Source of the DNA: Methanothrix sp.
GTDB taxonomy: Archaea > Halobacteriota > Methanosarcinia > Methanotrichales > Methanotrichaceae
Direction: 5' to 3'
Length of the DNA stretch: 64,000 nt
Assembly: GCA_963682135.1 (NCBI GenBank)
Contig: OY821645.1
Span: 1,440,001 to 1,504,000 of the forward strand
Part shown: positions 11,852 to 22,183 of the stretch, one piece after another
Layout: each line of letters begins with the position of its first letter
Numbering within the stretch: position 1 is the first letter of the stretch
Position numbers and translations under genes: made by a program
Notes under the pieces: generated by a model
What the model was told of the DNA's origin: nothing
The model's database searches: none
Seen by the model: only the letters and a program-made list of their open reading frames with translations

Positions 11852-13139
11852 TCCCTGCTCTATGTGCATGCCCATGGGCAGCGTGCTGGTCTTCCGGGGA
11901 GTTGAGGGCTGCATGCCCCTCTTCCACGGCTCGCAGGGATGCAGCACCTACATGCGCCTCTACCTGGCCCATCACTTCCGTGAGCCTGTGGACATTGCAT
12001 CCACTGCTCTAAGCGAGAAGGGCGCAGTCTATGGTGGATCAGCTAATCTTATGCAGGGGCTGAAGAATGTTATAAGAGGCTACAACCCGAAGGTGATAGG
12101 CATTGCCACCACCTGTCTGGCCGAGACCATCGGGGATGATGTGCCCCAAATAGTTCGCGAGTTTCAGGCACAGGAACCCCTGGCGAGAGATGTAATCATA
12201 GTCCCCGTATCGACACCCAGCTACGCTGCCTCTCATGAAGTTGGATATCGGGTAGCTCTGAAGGGTCTGGTCCAGACGTTGGCCAGGAAATCGAAGCCCA
12301 GCGGACGGATCAACATGCTGGTGGGATCCATCATCTCGCCTGCTGATGTTCGTTTTCTGCGGCGGCTCTTTGATGACTGGGGCCTGGGGTATATTCTGAT
12401 GCCGGATATATCCGAGACCTTTGATGCCACCCTCAGCCAAGATCTGCCACTCATCCCCAAGGGCGGAACGCCCCTGGAAGACATCCGGGATACGGCTAAC
12501 TCAAAAGCGACACTGACCATAGGCGGATGGGTGCAAGAGCCGGGAGCGGGAGACTATTTAGAAAAGGAATTCAAAGTTCCCCATGTTGCTCTGCCTCTGC
12601 CCATAAGTTTAGAATTCACCGATCGTCTGGCTGCAAATCTGGAAGAGCTGACGGGGCTATCCATGCCGGAGAGCTACGAACGGGAGAGGGGACGATTGCT
12701 GGATACAATGGTCGATGCCCATAAGATCCTAGCTGATGTTAAGACGGCGGTCTACGGAGATACCGAGATGGTCTTGGGCATAACCCGCATCATGATGGAA
12801 CTGGGCATGAAACCGCAGATAGTGGCCACGGGAGCCGCAAATCCTGCGTTTGCGGAAAATGCCGCGGAGATTGCACCCGGATCCAAGGTTTCCATGGGGG
12901 CTGATTTCTCACAGATCGCAGAAGAAGCGGTGAGCCGGGATATCGAGCTGATGGTAGGCCCCTTCACAGGAAGAGGGATTGCCAGAAGAGAGAATATTCC
13001 GCTCTTGCGGGTGGGACTGCCCAATCATGATCGCTACGGAGCCTCCCACCAGTTGTTCCTCGGATATGAGGGCTCGATGAATTTGGTGGAAGGAATGGCC
13101 AACGCCCTGCTTGAAAGCAAAGAGAGGGCAGCGACATGA
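11820..13139 (+). CDS. nifN: FeMo-co scaffold NifN
   Basis: NPCSMCMPMG, HGSQGCSTY, HFREPVDIAST, TTCLAETIGDD. Confidence 0.95.
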   Translation: MMISRSLATVNPCSMCMPMGSVLVFRGVEGCMPLFHGSQGCSTYMRLYLAHHFREPVDIASTALSEKGAVYGGSANLMQGLKNVIRGYNPKVIGIATTCLAETIGDDVPQIVREFQAQEPLARDVIIVPVSTPSYAASHEVGYRVALKGLVQTLARKSKPSGRINMLVGSIISPADVRFLRRLFDDWGLGYILMPDISETFDATLSQDLPLIPKGGTPLEDIRDTANSKATLTIGGWVQEPGAGDYLEKEFKVPHVALPLPISLEFTDRLAANLEELTGLSMPESYERERGRLLDTMVDAHKILADVKTAVYGDTEMVLGITRIMMELGMKPQIVATGAANPAFAENAAEIAPGSKVSMGADFSQIAEEAVSRDIELMVGPFTGRGIARRENIPLLRVGLPNHDRYGASHQLFLGYEGSMNLVEGMANALLESKERAAT

Positions 13140-13513
13140 GAGATGACTACAAGCTGGAGCAATTTCAGAATAAAGAGTATATAAGACTTGAAACCGTTAA
13201 AAGGAACGGACAGATGGTCCCGACGCCCGTATGGTTTGTTGTAGATGAGGGCAGGCTCTTCATTCGGTCCTATGCCAATAGCGGCAAGGTCAAACGGATG
13301 TGCAATAACCCTCATGTCCGGGTTACACCTTCGGATGCAGTGGGCAAATCTCGCGGCGTGACCATCGATGGCACTGCAGTTCGAGCTAATGGTGATATGG
13401 AGATCAAGATAAGTCAGCAGCTCTACCGCAAATACGGTTTGATGAAGATGTCCTTTGATCTCTGGGGCGCCATTAAGCAGTTCGACTGGGCAGTATTTGC
13501 CATTGAGGTTTGA
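13136..13513 (+). CDS. PPOX-class putative F420-dependent oxidoreductase
   Basis: YIRLETVKRNG..VPTPVWFV, SGKVKR..NNPHVRV and KYG match the split-barrel PPOX/FDOR pattern. ATGA overlap with nifN. Confidence 0.8.
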   Translation: MRDDYKLEQFQNKEYIRLETVKRNGQMVPTPVWFVVDEGRLFIRSYANSGKVKRMCNNPHVRVTPSDAVGKSRGVTIDGTAVRANGDMEIKISQQLYRKYGLMKMSFDLWGAIKQFDWAVFAIEV

Positions 13514-13520
13514 AAAAAAC

Positions 13521-14393
13521 ATGGCTTCCAACCAGGCGGAATTAATACATCAGCGCGAGATAGCAAACAGAGAACCAGAGTTCATCGGTATTTCAGACCG
13601 CTTAGCGGAGGTCTCCTTGAAAGCCGGCCTTGCAACCTTGCTGATTTTGGCCATGGCTTTCATAGCCTTGCCGGTGGTTGCGCTCTTCCTGAAGAGCCCG
13701 CTGGATACGACTCTGCGATCACTGCATGATCCGATGGTGTTGGATGCCCTCCGTCTGTCTCTTATGACTTCGACCTTGACTACAATGGTTGTGGTCATTA
13801 TGGGGACGCCCATTGCCTACGTCAGCGCTCGCTTCCACTATTTCGGCAAAGAGATAGCTGATTCTCTAATCGATCTGCCAGTTATCATGCCGCCTGCCGT
13901 AGCCGGGATTGCTCTGCTTATGGCCTTTGGAAGGATGGGTATTGTGGGCCACTACCTGAGCGCCTTTGGAATAAGCATCGCCTTTACCACCCTGGCCGTG
14001 ATCATAGCCCAGGTCTTCGTCTCCTCGCCTTTTTATATCCGCCAGGCAAGGACGAGCTTTGAAGACGTGGACCTGGCCTTTGAGAATGCAGCCCGCACTT
14101 TAGGCGCCTCCCGGGTTTACACCTTCTTCCATGTGATCCTGCCCATAGCTATGAGCGGCCTTATCTCCGGTGCCATCATGGCCTTCGCTCGATCTTTGGG
14201 TGAATTCGGTGCTACCATCATGTTTGCTGGAAACTTCCAGGGCCGCACGCAGACCATGCCTCTGGCCATCTACACCGCCATGCAGGGTGATCTGGATGTC
14301 TCGCTCTGTCTATCCATAATACTGGTAGCTATCTCCTTTGTGGTCATCATTATCGTAAAAACAATGACCAGGCGGGTGATTAAGAGATGCTAG
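13521..14393 (+). CDS. modB: Molybdate/tungstate ABC transporter permease
   Basis: DLPVIMPPAVAGIALL, EAA-like loop ENAARTLGAS, FARSLGEFGAT. Confidence 0.9.
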   Translation: MASNQAELIHQREIANREPEFIGISDRLAEVSLKAGLATLLILAMAFIALPVVALFLKSPLDTTLRSLHDPMVLDALRLSLMTSTLTTMVVVIMGTPIAYVSARFHYFGKEIADSLIDLPVIMPPAVAGIALLMAFGRMGIVGHYLSAFGISIAFTTLAVIIAQVFVSSPFYIRQARTSFEDVDLAFENAARTLGASRVYTFFHVILPIAMSGLISGAIMAFARSLGEFGATIMFAGNFQGRTQTMPLAIYTAMQGDLDVSLCLSIILVAISFVVIIIVKTMTRRVIKRC

Positions 14394-15094
14394 AGATTGA
14401 TATCAAGAAGAGGCTGCGAGATTTCGATTTACGGGTCCAGCTGGACATCGCCAGAGGCAAGACGCTTATGCTGGTGGGAGATAACGGCTGCGGCAAGACC
14501 ACGTTGCTTAACCTGGTGGCGGGGCTCGATAATCCCGATAAAGGGAGAATTGCGCTCGACGGCAGAGTGCTTTATGATTCCGAGAATGGCACGAATGTTC
14601 CTCCGGAGGCCAGGGGCATTGGATATGTCTTTCAGAGCTACGCCCTCTTTCCTCACATGAGCCTCTACGACAATGTGGCATTTGGACTGCGTACCCGGAG
14701 GATGGCGGACGGCGAGATCAAAATCCTAGTAAAAGAGCATCTAGAGGCGGCTGGGCTTTGGGAGATAAGAACTGCAAAGGCGGCAGATATCTCGGGCGGC
14801 CAGAAGCAGAGGGTGGCATTGGCCAGGGCGCTCATCATCGAGCCTCGCCTCCTTCTGCTGGACGAACCGCTTTCCGCCCTGGATGTCAGGAAGCAAGCTT
14901 CTATGAGAAAAGAGCTCCGAGAGACAATTCGCGCCTGCGGCGTTCCCTGCATCATCGTAACTCATGACCTGAGGGATGTGGCCTGCATGGGAGATCAGGC
15001 CTGCCTTCTGGAGCAGGGAATGATTGCTCAACACGCAGGCGCCGAAGAGGTTCTCAGCTGGGGATTGAGCACGGACTTAATAAGCCAGAGATAA
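14387..15094 (+). CDS. modC: Molybdate ABC transporter ATPase
   Basis: GDNGCGKTT, VFQSYALFPH, SGGQKQRVALARA, LLLDEP; overlaps modB. Confidence 0.88.
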   Translation: MLEIDIKKRLRDFDLRVQLDIARGKTLMLVGDNGCGKTTLLNLVAGLDNPDKGRIALDGRVLYDSENGTNVPPEARGIGYVFQSYALFPHMSLYDNVAFGLRTRRMADGEIKILVKEHLEAAGLWEIRTAKAADISGGQKQRVALARALIIEPRLLLLDEPLSALDVRKQASMRKELRETIRACGVPCIIVTHDLRDVACMGDQACLLEQGMIAQHAGAEEVLSWGLSTDLISQR

Positions 15095-15380
15095 CTGTCT
15101 TCTGATCATCTATTGCGCTGACCTTTTCCTGCTATAATGGAAAGATACTCCATTTTACTCTTCTAAATTGTTGTAGCCAGTCTTAAAAAAGATTACTTTA
15201 TTAATATCGTAAATGTTATATGATATCTCAGATGCTCTGTATTCATACAAGAATCACTATTTTATGTGATACTAAGAAATGTTCTCAAAAATATATTTAA
15301 GTTTGTAATCTCAGTACGGATGATTGTAGGGGTTTCGCGATTATGAATGAATATGAATAGATCAGATCAATTCCGATTTT

Positions 15381-15390
15381 CTATTAAATA
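15381..15390 (+). promoter_or_regulatory. Candidate TATA box for amtB-glnK
   Basis: CTATTAAATA about 125 nt upstream of amtB in an AT-rich intergenic region. Confidence 0.35.
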
Positions 15391-15513
15391 CCCTTTTAAC
15401 TGCCACGATTAAGTCCCTTGCAGCGATGTGCCAATGGATCTCGTTGCACAGGCCTCAGAGTTAATACAAAAATTAAATAGGTTTGACTAGACAATTGATT
15501 AAGGGTGATGTAG

Positions 15514-16722
15514 TTGGAAATTAATAGTGGAGACACAGCGTGGGTTCTGGTTTCAACAGCCATGGTCATGCTCATGACACCCGGCGTGGGTTTGTTCTAT
15601 GGCGGCTTGGTACGCAGCAAGACCGTCGTCTCGATGATCGGTCTGTCCTTCCTGGCTTTTGCTCTAGCCAGCATACAATGGGTGCTGTTCGGCTACAGCC
15701 TGTCCTTTGGGTCCGATATATCCGGAATTATCGGCGGGCTGAACTACTTTGCGTTGAGCGGCGTGGGTCTGGGTGCGGCACCCTTAGCCGGAAATCTGCC
15801 TCATCTCATCTATGTGGCCTTCCAGTTGGTCTTCGCAGCTGTGACTCTTGCCATCCTCACTTCTGCCGTGGCAGAAAGGGTCCGTCTCAGCTCGTTCATC
15901 GTGCTGGCTCTCCTCTGGACCACTCTGGTCTATGATCCACTGGCTCATTGGGTTTGGGCGGGCGGTTGGATGGCCCAGATGGGGGCGCTCGACTTTGCCG
16001 GCGGAACGGTGGTGCACATCAGCTCCGGCTTTTCCGCCCTGGCCATCGCGTTGGTCATAGGCAAGAGAATGGGCTATGGCGCCTATGTCATGGAGCCGCA
16101 TAACATTCCCATGGCCATGATCGGAGCGGGCCTGCTCTGGTTCGGATGGTTCGGCTTCAACGCCGGCTCCGCCCTTGCTGCCAATGGTTTGGCTGCCTCC
16201 GCTCTGTTGGTCACCAACACCTCCGCCGCTGCCGGCGCACTCACCTGGCTTTTTGCCAGCTGGCTGAAAGGAAAGCCCAGCGCTCTGGGAATGGTGAGCG
16301 GCGGCATAGCCGGTCTGGTGGCCATAACGCCTGCTGCGGGATATGTTGATGTGACTGGTGCCCTGGTCATTGGTGCCGTCTCCGGTGTGATCTGCTACAT
16401 GGCCCTGCTCTTTCGCGTGGGTCGCGGCCTGGATGAGAGCTGCGATGCCTGGGCGGTGCACGGCATGGGCGGCCTGTGGGGCGCTATTGCCACAGGCATA
16501 TTCGCCACCGCCTCAGTTAACAGCTACACCGGCCTGATCTACGGCAACTTTCATCAATTCGCAGTACAGATAATGGCAGCCGGTGCATCTGTGGTCTATG
16601 CCTTCGTGATGACGCTTATCCTGGCCAAGATCGTTGATCGCGTCATGGGCTTGAGAGTCACAGAGGAGGAAGAATATGTTGGCCTTGATATCTCCCAGCA
16701 CGGCGAGAAGGCCTATGCTTAA
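15514..16722 (+). CDS. amtB: Ammonium transporter
   Basis: [37 protein letters not shown] start with GGGTGA RBS. Confidence 0.96.
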   Translation: MEINSGDTAWVLVSTAMVMLMTPGVGLFYGGLVRSKTVVSMIGLSFLAFALASIQWVLFGYSLSFGSDISGIIGGLNYFALSGVGLGAAPLAGNLPHLIYVAFQLVFAAVTLAILTSAVAERVRLSSFIVLALLWTTLVYDPLAHWVWAGGWMAQMGALDFAGGTVVHISSGFSALAIALVIGKRMGYGAYVMEPHNIPMAMIGAGLLWFGWFGFNAGSALAANGLAASALLVTNTSAAAGALTWLFASWLKGKPSALGMVSGGIAGLVAITPAAGYVDVTGALVIGAVSGVICYMALLFRVGRGLDESCDAWAVHGMGGLWGAIATGIFATASVNSYTGLIYGNFHQFAVQIMAAGASVVYAFVMTLILAKIVDRVMGLRVTEEEEYVGLDISQHGEKAYA

Positions 16723-16733
16723 AGGTGATATGA

Positions 16734-17063
<330 letters not shown>

Positions 17064-17080
17064 GAAATCTTTTTTGCTAA

Positions 17081-18205
17081 TCACAGTGTTCGCAGCAAGT
17101 TCATGGGAAGTCTGGGGAGCAGCCAGCACATGAAATCCTTGTAAGATATCTTGGCTGCAGCAATCTCGATATACATGTCCAAAACCTCTTCCTGGCAGGC
17201 CAGGATGCGCAGAAATATTTCCGGATAGCGATGCATCATTTTAGAGAAGAATAATGCATACTTCAGCTCTTCGCCGAAATCCTTCATGCATCTCTCCTGG
17301 TAGGTCTGGGCCACTTCGTGGGCAGATACTTCCCCGATCACCTGGCCTGCTATCTTTCCGGAGGCAAGAGCATAGCAGATGCCTTCACCTGTGAAAGCAT
17401 CCACAAATCCGGCTGAGTCTCCCGCGAGGAGTACTCTGCCAAGAGCTGCTCTTGTCTTATTGCCGCCTTGAGGTATTAGGTGGCCATGAAGCTTCTGCCT
17501 TTGCGAAAAACCATTTTTCGTGAGGAACTGCAACATGGCCCGGCGAGGATGAAGCAGGCGAGAAGAAAGGCCGCCTATGCCCACCGAATAGTATCCCCTG
17601 TGCGGAAAGATCCATCCGTATCCTCCTTCTGCCACACCAAAGTGGATGTCCAGTGTGCCCGCCAGCTGCTCTTCAATCTTCTCACCATCTTCCACGATAT
17701 CGGCAACCAGGCATATTCCGGTGCTTTCTTTCCTGTCCGGGCCTAGTATTCTGTTTTTCAGTTTATCCTGGCATCCCGAGGCGATCACCAGAAACCTGCA
17801 ATGATAAATCCCGGCATTGGTCTTCACACAGACATGTCCATCTTTTTCCTGGAAGTCCATGGCCTTTTGCGTTTTAATTCCAGCTCCGGCCTCTTCTGCC
17901 TTTTTCAGGAGATGATTATCGAAGCGGCAACGATCTATTAATGTGGTGAGATTGTAGCCCTTGTGCGTCTCTAATACTCTATCTTGAAAATGGACACGCG
18001 CTCCGGTTATGGTCCTCTCGCAAATATGATCGGGAAGCGGAAAGTCCAGAAGCGATTCCGCTTTGCTGGAGAGAGCGCCTCCGCATGGCTTGTACCTGGG
18101 AAAAGTCTCTTTTTCCAGGATGAGCGTATCCAACCCCAGCAAAGCAGCTGCTCGGGCAGCCGTTGATCCGGCCGGCCCGGCACCCGCGACGATCAGATCG
18201 TACAT
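17081..18205 (-). CDS. Geranylgeranyl reductase-family FAD oxidoreductase
   Basis: GAGPAGS, PRYKPCGG, GYGWIFP, GDSAGFVDAFTGEGI. Confidence 0.88.
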   Translation of the reverse strand: MYDLIVAGAGPAGSTAARAAALLGLDTLILEKETFPRYKPCGGALSSKAESLLDFPLPDHICERTITGARVHFQDRVLETHKGYNLTTLIDRCRFDNHLLKKAEEAGAGIKTQKAMDFQEKDGHVCVKTNAGIYHCRFLVIASGCQDKLKNRILGPDRKESTGICLVADIVEDGEKIEEQLAGTLDIHFGVAEGGYGWIFPHRGYYSVGIGGLSSRLLHPRRAMLQFLTKNGFSQRQKLHGHLIPQGGNKTRAALGRVLLAGDSAGFVDAFTGEGICYALASGKIAGQVIGEVSAHEVAQTYQERCMKDFGEELKYALFFSKMMHRYPEIFLRILACQEEVLDMYIEIAAAKISYKDFMCWLLPRLPMNLLRTL

Positions 18206-18217
18206 TGCAATAGAATG

Positions 18218-18700
18218 CTAGCCGAAGAATAGGCTATAGCCGAACTGAAGGAAGCTGGTGCTGGAGAGAAGGGCCTTTATCTTGGCATTTGCCAGCCAGG
18301 TTTTCCCCTCGAAGCGAATTTGGCCTGCGTCCGCCTGGTTTTTAAAAGCGGCTATTCTATCCTTCGATTTTACTACCTCGTTTAAGGCGCTTTGTGTGGT
18401 GGTTACTATGATTGTGGGATTGCTAATGCCACCATCAACGGTTCTCTCGATCCGTGCGCTCACTATATCCATACCCACACGAAACACACTACCATCTTCT
18501 CGGGTTACGATTATGTTAACCTTCTCGCTGCCGAGCATGCTCTTTACGACGGTAGGAACATTATTAATCTGGGTATTATACGTGTCGACATATTTTTGTG
18601 TGGTCGGCATGTCAAATGAAAACGCATCTGCAAAGGAGATGGAGAGCATCATCAGAACGACTAGATAAAGGATCGTTTGTCTTCTAACAGGCATCCGCAT
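18218..18700 (-). CDS. Secreted hypothetical protein, possible SCP2-like lipid-binding fold
   Basis: Real start is probably MRMPVRRQTILYLVVLMMLSISFADA (signal peptide). The C-terminal pattern PTIIVTT..AL...GQIRFEG resembles SCP2. The longer 19201 start overlaps DUF373 and is unlikely. Confidence 0.6.
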   Translation of the reverse strand: MRMPVRRQTILYLVVLMMLSISFADAFSFDMPTTQKYVDTYNTQINNVPTVVKSMLGSEKVNIIVTREDGSVFRVGMDIVSARIERTVDGGISNPTIIVTTTQSALNEVVKSKDRIAAFKNQADAGQIRFEGKTWLANAKIKALLSSTSFLQFGYSLFFG

Positions 18701-18779
18701 AACGTATACTTCACTTTGATTAGATATATATCTTATCTCCACAGAATCCTTTAAGTACAATCTTTTCAAATAGTAGCCT

Positions 18780-19883
18780 ATGGATGTCCTGGTGCTCTGT
18801 ATTGACCGTGACAATGATTTAGGCCGCAAGGGTGGAGTCGTAAGTCCGGTTGTGGGCAGGCAGGAAAATATCGATGCCGCACTCAAGCTGGGCTTGGCCG
18901 ATCCGGAGGATTCGGATGTAAATACTATCTTCGGAGGCATAAAGGTCTTGGATGAGCTTGCCCTTTCCGGTAAGACCGTGGAGATCGCCTCCCTGGCTGG
19001 CGACCTGAAAGTGGGATTGGTCTCTGACAGCAAGCTTGCCGCACAGTTGGAAATGTTACTGGAGCGCCTGCATCCCGATGGAGTGATCGTAGTCTCAGAC
19101 GGAGCCGAGGACGAGGCCATCTTGCCTATCATCCATTCTCGCATCAAAGTGAACGGCGTACGTCGTGTGCTGATCAAACAAAGTCCCAACTTGGAGAGCA
19201 CTTACTATCTTCTCAAGCAGGTCTTTAACGATCCCAAGATCAGCCATACCGTCTTTATTCCTCCCGCTTTGGCTCTGCTCATGTTTGCCATCTTCAGCTT
19301 GCTGGGTTACCCAAACGGCGCTGTAGTGGCCATTACCGGTGCAGTGGGCCTTTATCTCCTATTTCGGGGCCTGGGGTTGGACGATTCTATGGAAGAGGCC
19401 AAGCAGACTCTGAGAAAATCCCTTTATGCCGGAAAAATCGCATTCATAACCTATATTTTGGCGGCTATGCTGGTGGTCATAGCCACGGTAAGGGGATTTG
19501 CCTATTCCTGGCAGTATTACCATGAACCCATATCACCCGGAGTCTTTATCTTGGTGATGATTTACCTTCATGAAAGCATCTGGTGGTATGTTGTAGCCGC
19601 CCTGTGTGTGGATCTGGGAAAGATTATGGACATGTACCTGGAGGGCTTAAAAGATGCTCGCACCATTTCCTATCTCTTTTTCTTGCTGGCAACGGGTCTT
19701 ATCATTTGGTCTGCAACCGGCTTCATCCTGGCCAGCAATTCCGACCTGAAATTCGGCATCGGCATGGTGGAATCTGTGCAAAATCTGGCCATATCAGCGA
19801 TAGTCGCTATCCTCATAACCGTAATTGGAGTCAATGTATCCAAGCGTATCGCTGGAGACGTACCTGAGCAGATTGTTAAGTGA
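18780..19883 (+). CDS. DUF373-family membrane protein
   Basis: LVLCIDRDNDLG, DPEDSDVN, VSDGAEDE, KQSPNLESTYY, followed by multiple TM helices. Confidence 0.9.
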   Translation: MDVLVLCIDRDNDLGRKGGVVSPVVGRQENIDAALKLGLADPEDSDVNTIFGGIKVLDELALSGKTVEIASLAGDLKVGLVSDSKLAAQLEMLLERLHPDGVIVVSDGAEDEAILPIIHSRIKVNGVRRVLIKQSPNLESTYYLLKQVFNDPKISHTVFIPPALALLMFAIFSLLGYPNGAVVAITGAVGLYLLFRGLGLDDSMEEAKQTLRKSLYAGKIAFITYILAAMLVVIATVRGFAYSWQYYHEPISPGVFILVMIYLHESIWWYVVAALCVDLGKIMDMYLEGLKDARTISYLFFLLATGLIIWSATGFILASNSDLKFGIGMVESVQNLAISAIVAILITVIGVNVSKRIAGDVPEQIVK

Positions 19884-20797
19884 TTAAAATGCTGCGAATC
19901 GATGCCTCGGGCGAGAAATGTCTTTGCGATTTTACCTTCGATTTCTTCTGGCAGCATAAAGGCACAAGACTCGACATGGATCAGACGGTAAGCGGCATCA
20001 GCTTTCGCAGAATGGTGCAGGCCCTGCGCCAGGGTGAGACTGTTGAGATCGTGGGGGATGCCGGCAGCCGCCTGGGTTCGAGTATGGGTGTGGATCTGCT
20101 GCGACTGGGGGGAAAGGGCGGGCCTGTAGAGGGGACAGGCAAGATAATCGTGGACGGCAATGTAGGCAGCCATATGGGAATCTCCATGCTGCGTGGAGCA
20201 ATCTATGTCTCAGGGGAGATAAAATCACCACTGGGAAACGTTGTGCAGGTACAATCCGATATGAGCGGTTACCGAAAGTTCGTATCCGCCACGCAAATAT
20301 TGGAAAAAAGCCTGACCGTCCTGGAGCCAAATACAGCCGATAAAAATGGCCTGACCATTTGTGACGGCATTTTAAGGGATACTCTGGGGGCCAGAAATCC
20401 CACAGATAAAACCATTTGTCTGCAAGCTGATGCGGGAATGAGTACAGGAATACTCATGCGCTCCGGCCTAATTGAGGTTTTGGGTGATGCCGGCCAAAAC
20501 ACGGGCGTGCTCATGCAGGGTGGCAGAATTGTAGTCAGGGGCAAATGCGGCGACTTTACAGGCGTAGAGATGCGTCGTGGCGAGATCATAGTGGGTCATG
20601 ATGCGGGAAGCTTCACCTGTGCTCGAATGAGGGGCGGAGCCGTTTATGCGAGGGATGCCAAGAGCCTGCCGCCTATTATGGTACAGATGCCTTCTTCCCA
20701 GGAGCTGTCAGCCATTGCCCAGGCTCTGAAGATTCCAATGCTACATGCCATGATGTACCGTAAAATGTGCCTGCCAGACGCGGATAAAATAAGATAA
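19880..20797 (+). CDS. GltB/FwdC-like GXGXG beta-helix protein
   Basis: Repeated GxxMxGGxIxVxGxxG units; GTGA overlap with DUF373. Confidence 0.82.
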   Translation: MIKMLRIDASGEKCLCDFTFDFFWQHKGTRLDMDQTVSGISFRRMVQALRQGETVEIVGDAGSRLGSSMGVDLLRLGGKGGPVEGTGKIIVDGNVGSHMGISMLRGAIYVSGEIKSPLGNVVQVQSDMSGYRKFVSATQILEKSLTVLEPNTADKNGLTICDGILRDTLGARNPTDKTICLQADAGMSTGILMRSGLIEVLGDAGQNTGVLMQGGRIVVRGKCGDFTGVEMRRGEIIVGHDAGSFTCARMRGGAVYARDAKSLPPIMVQMPSSQELSAIAQALKIPMLHAMMYRKMCLPDADKIR

Positions 20798-20820
20798 CAA
20801 AGAGCCTGCGCTCTTGTTAT
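20794..20820. terminator. Hairpin between convergent genes
   Basis: ATAACAAAGAGC-ctgc-GCTCTTGTTAT inverted repeat followed by Ts. Confidence 0.5.
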
Positions 20821-20823
20821 TTT

Positions 20824-21189
20824 CTACTGCCTGATCTTCTCAATAGCCAGGTCGCCATCAACCCCGATCACTATAGAGAATATCCACTCACTGAGCTTGG
20901 CGCAATGCTCAGGAATGCACTCTTCGATGCAGCCAGCGCAGGGTTCGAAGGCGTCAAGAGCCAGCAATGGATCGAAACGCCTGCCGCGAGGCTTAACCGT
21001 GCAACTAAGTCGATAGGTCCTGATGCCTTCTGCCGACTCCACCTCTCTGGTGATGAGATTATCTTTGAGGAGCTTGGCCACGATACGGGAGCATTTTCGA
21101 GAATCGATCTTCAAAATCTTCCATAGATCGCTTTGCAGGGCTCCTTCAGGACGCGACTTTATATACTCCAGCGCCTCCTCAGCAGACAT
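20824..21189 (-). CDS. Winged-helix protein with C-terminal Cys cluster (archaeal RPC34/TFE-beta-like)
   Basis: GALQSDLWKILKIDSRKCSRIV (wHTH) plus PCAGCIEECIPEHC..LSEW (Fe-S-type motif); next to an Lsm gene. Confidence 0.75.
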   Translation of the reverse strand: MSAEEALEYIKSRPEGALQSDLWKILKIDSRKCSRIVAKLLKDNLITREVESAEGIRTYRLSCTVKPRGRRFDPLLALDAFEPCAGCIEECIPEHCAKLSEWIFSIVIGVDGDLAIEKIRQ

Positions 21190-21210
21190 TTCCTACCTCT
21201 CTAGTCATCT

Positions 21211-21435
21211 TCATTCAATTGGACTTATGAGAATAATGTTGTTGCCACGCAGGATAACCGATCCTAAAGAGCGAGTCTTCTCGCCGCCTATCAGCTCCAC
21301 GGTCTCCTGGAGGTGAAGGTTCAAGTATTCATCCACACTGTTAAGAATTCCTTCCAGAACATAACGAGGTGAACCCTTCATCTCTACCTGAATCTTGCTG
21401 CCTACCAGACTCTGTACCTTTTTAGTTGGGAACAT
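21211..21435 (-). CDS. Sm/Lsm-family RNA-binding protein
   Basis: Sm1 GILNSVDEYLNLHL and Sm2 LGSVILRGNNII. Confidence 0.93.
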   Translation of the reverse strand: MFPTKKVQSLVGSKIQVEMKGSPRYVLEGILNSVDEYLNLHLQETVELIGGEKTRSLGSVILRGNNIILISPIE

Positions 21436-21523
21436 AAATCAGACTCCTCAGTAATTTGTTTGAGCGAATATTAGCATATCTGAATGTTTTCTCAATTTGC
21501 GCGAATAAAATTGAGCGCAATCC

Positions 21524-21751
21524 TCAGGCGGAAATCACGCCTTTTACGCCCGCTACGTTCTTCATGAGTTCTTTCTCGATGAAATTTTTAAGCGTCATCT
21601 GAGAGAAGGGACAACCTGCACAGTGCCCTTGCAGCTTTACCTTCACTATTCCATCTACTATATCGACGAGCTCTACATCTCCACCGTCTACGCGAAGACC
21701 TTGCCTGATCTTTTCCAGAGCGAACTCGACGTCATCTTTGAGGTTTTCCAT
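21524..21751 (-). CDS. NifU C-terminal/Nfu-type Fe-S carrier
   Basis: IRQGLRVDGGDVELV..LQGHCAGCPFSQMTLK. Confidence 0.92.
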   Translation of the reverse strand: MENLKDDVEFALEKIRQGLRVDGGDVELVDIVDGIVKVKLQGHCAGCPFSQMTLKNFIEKELMKNVAGVKGVISA

Positions 21752-21758
21752 GAGTATT

Positions 21759-22085
21759 TCAATCTCCTTTTACCTTTATAGATGTGACTTTGTGACCAAT
21801 GATCGTGTACCTAATCCCTTTTAAAGCTTCCTCGAGCTGCTTTATGAGTCTTTCGCACTTGTCGGAGCCGACTACAGTGTTGACCATAACTCCCGGCTCG
21901 GAGTGGTCCCGGATCGCTTTCAATGCCATATCAAGGTTCTCGCTCAGTCGGAAGGTCTTCCAGGTATTTGGCGCCATTCCTTGATACTCCACGAGGTAAA
22001 ATCCGGTAATCCCCAGCTCGGTTAAGGTATTTATGACTCGAACCAAATGCTCGTGATCCACAAAAATCTTGACCATCGTCTTCAT
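21759..22085 (-). CDS. MJ1244-family (PII-like fold) protein
   Basis: INTLTELGITGFYLVEYQGMAP..W pattern recalled from the methanogen MJ1244 family. Confidence 0.7.
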   Translation of the reverse strand: MKTMVKIFVDHEHLVRVINTLTELGITGFYLVEYQGMAPNTWKTFRLSENLDMALKAIRDHSEPGVMVNTVVGSDKCERLIKQLEEALKGIRYTIIGHKVTSIKVKGD

Positions 22086-22183
22086 AGAGTTCCCCTATGT
22101 CTATTGTGCAATCAGACCTTAAATAACTTCGCGATTTTAACCAGATATTTTTTTATCCTACTACGGCTAACTCGTGTCTTACC

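Noticed and set aside
18701-19201. N-terminal extension of ORF 18218..19201
   Set aside because: It overlaps the DUF373 gene on the other strand; the signal peptide indicates a start near 18700.
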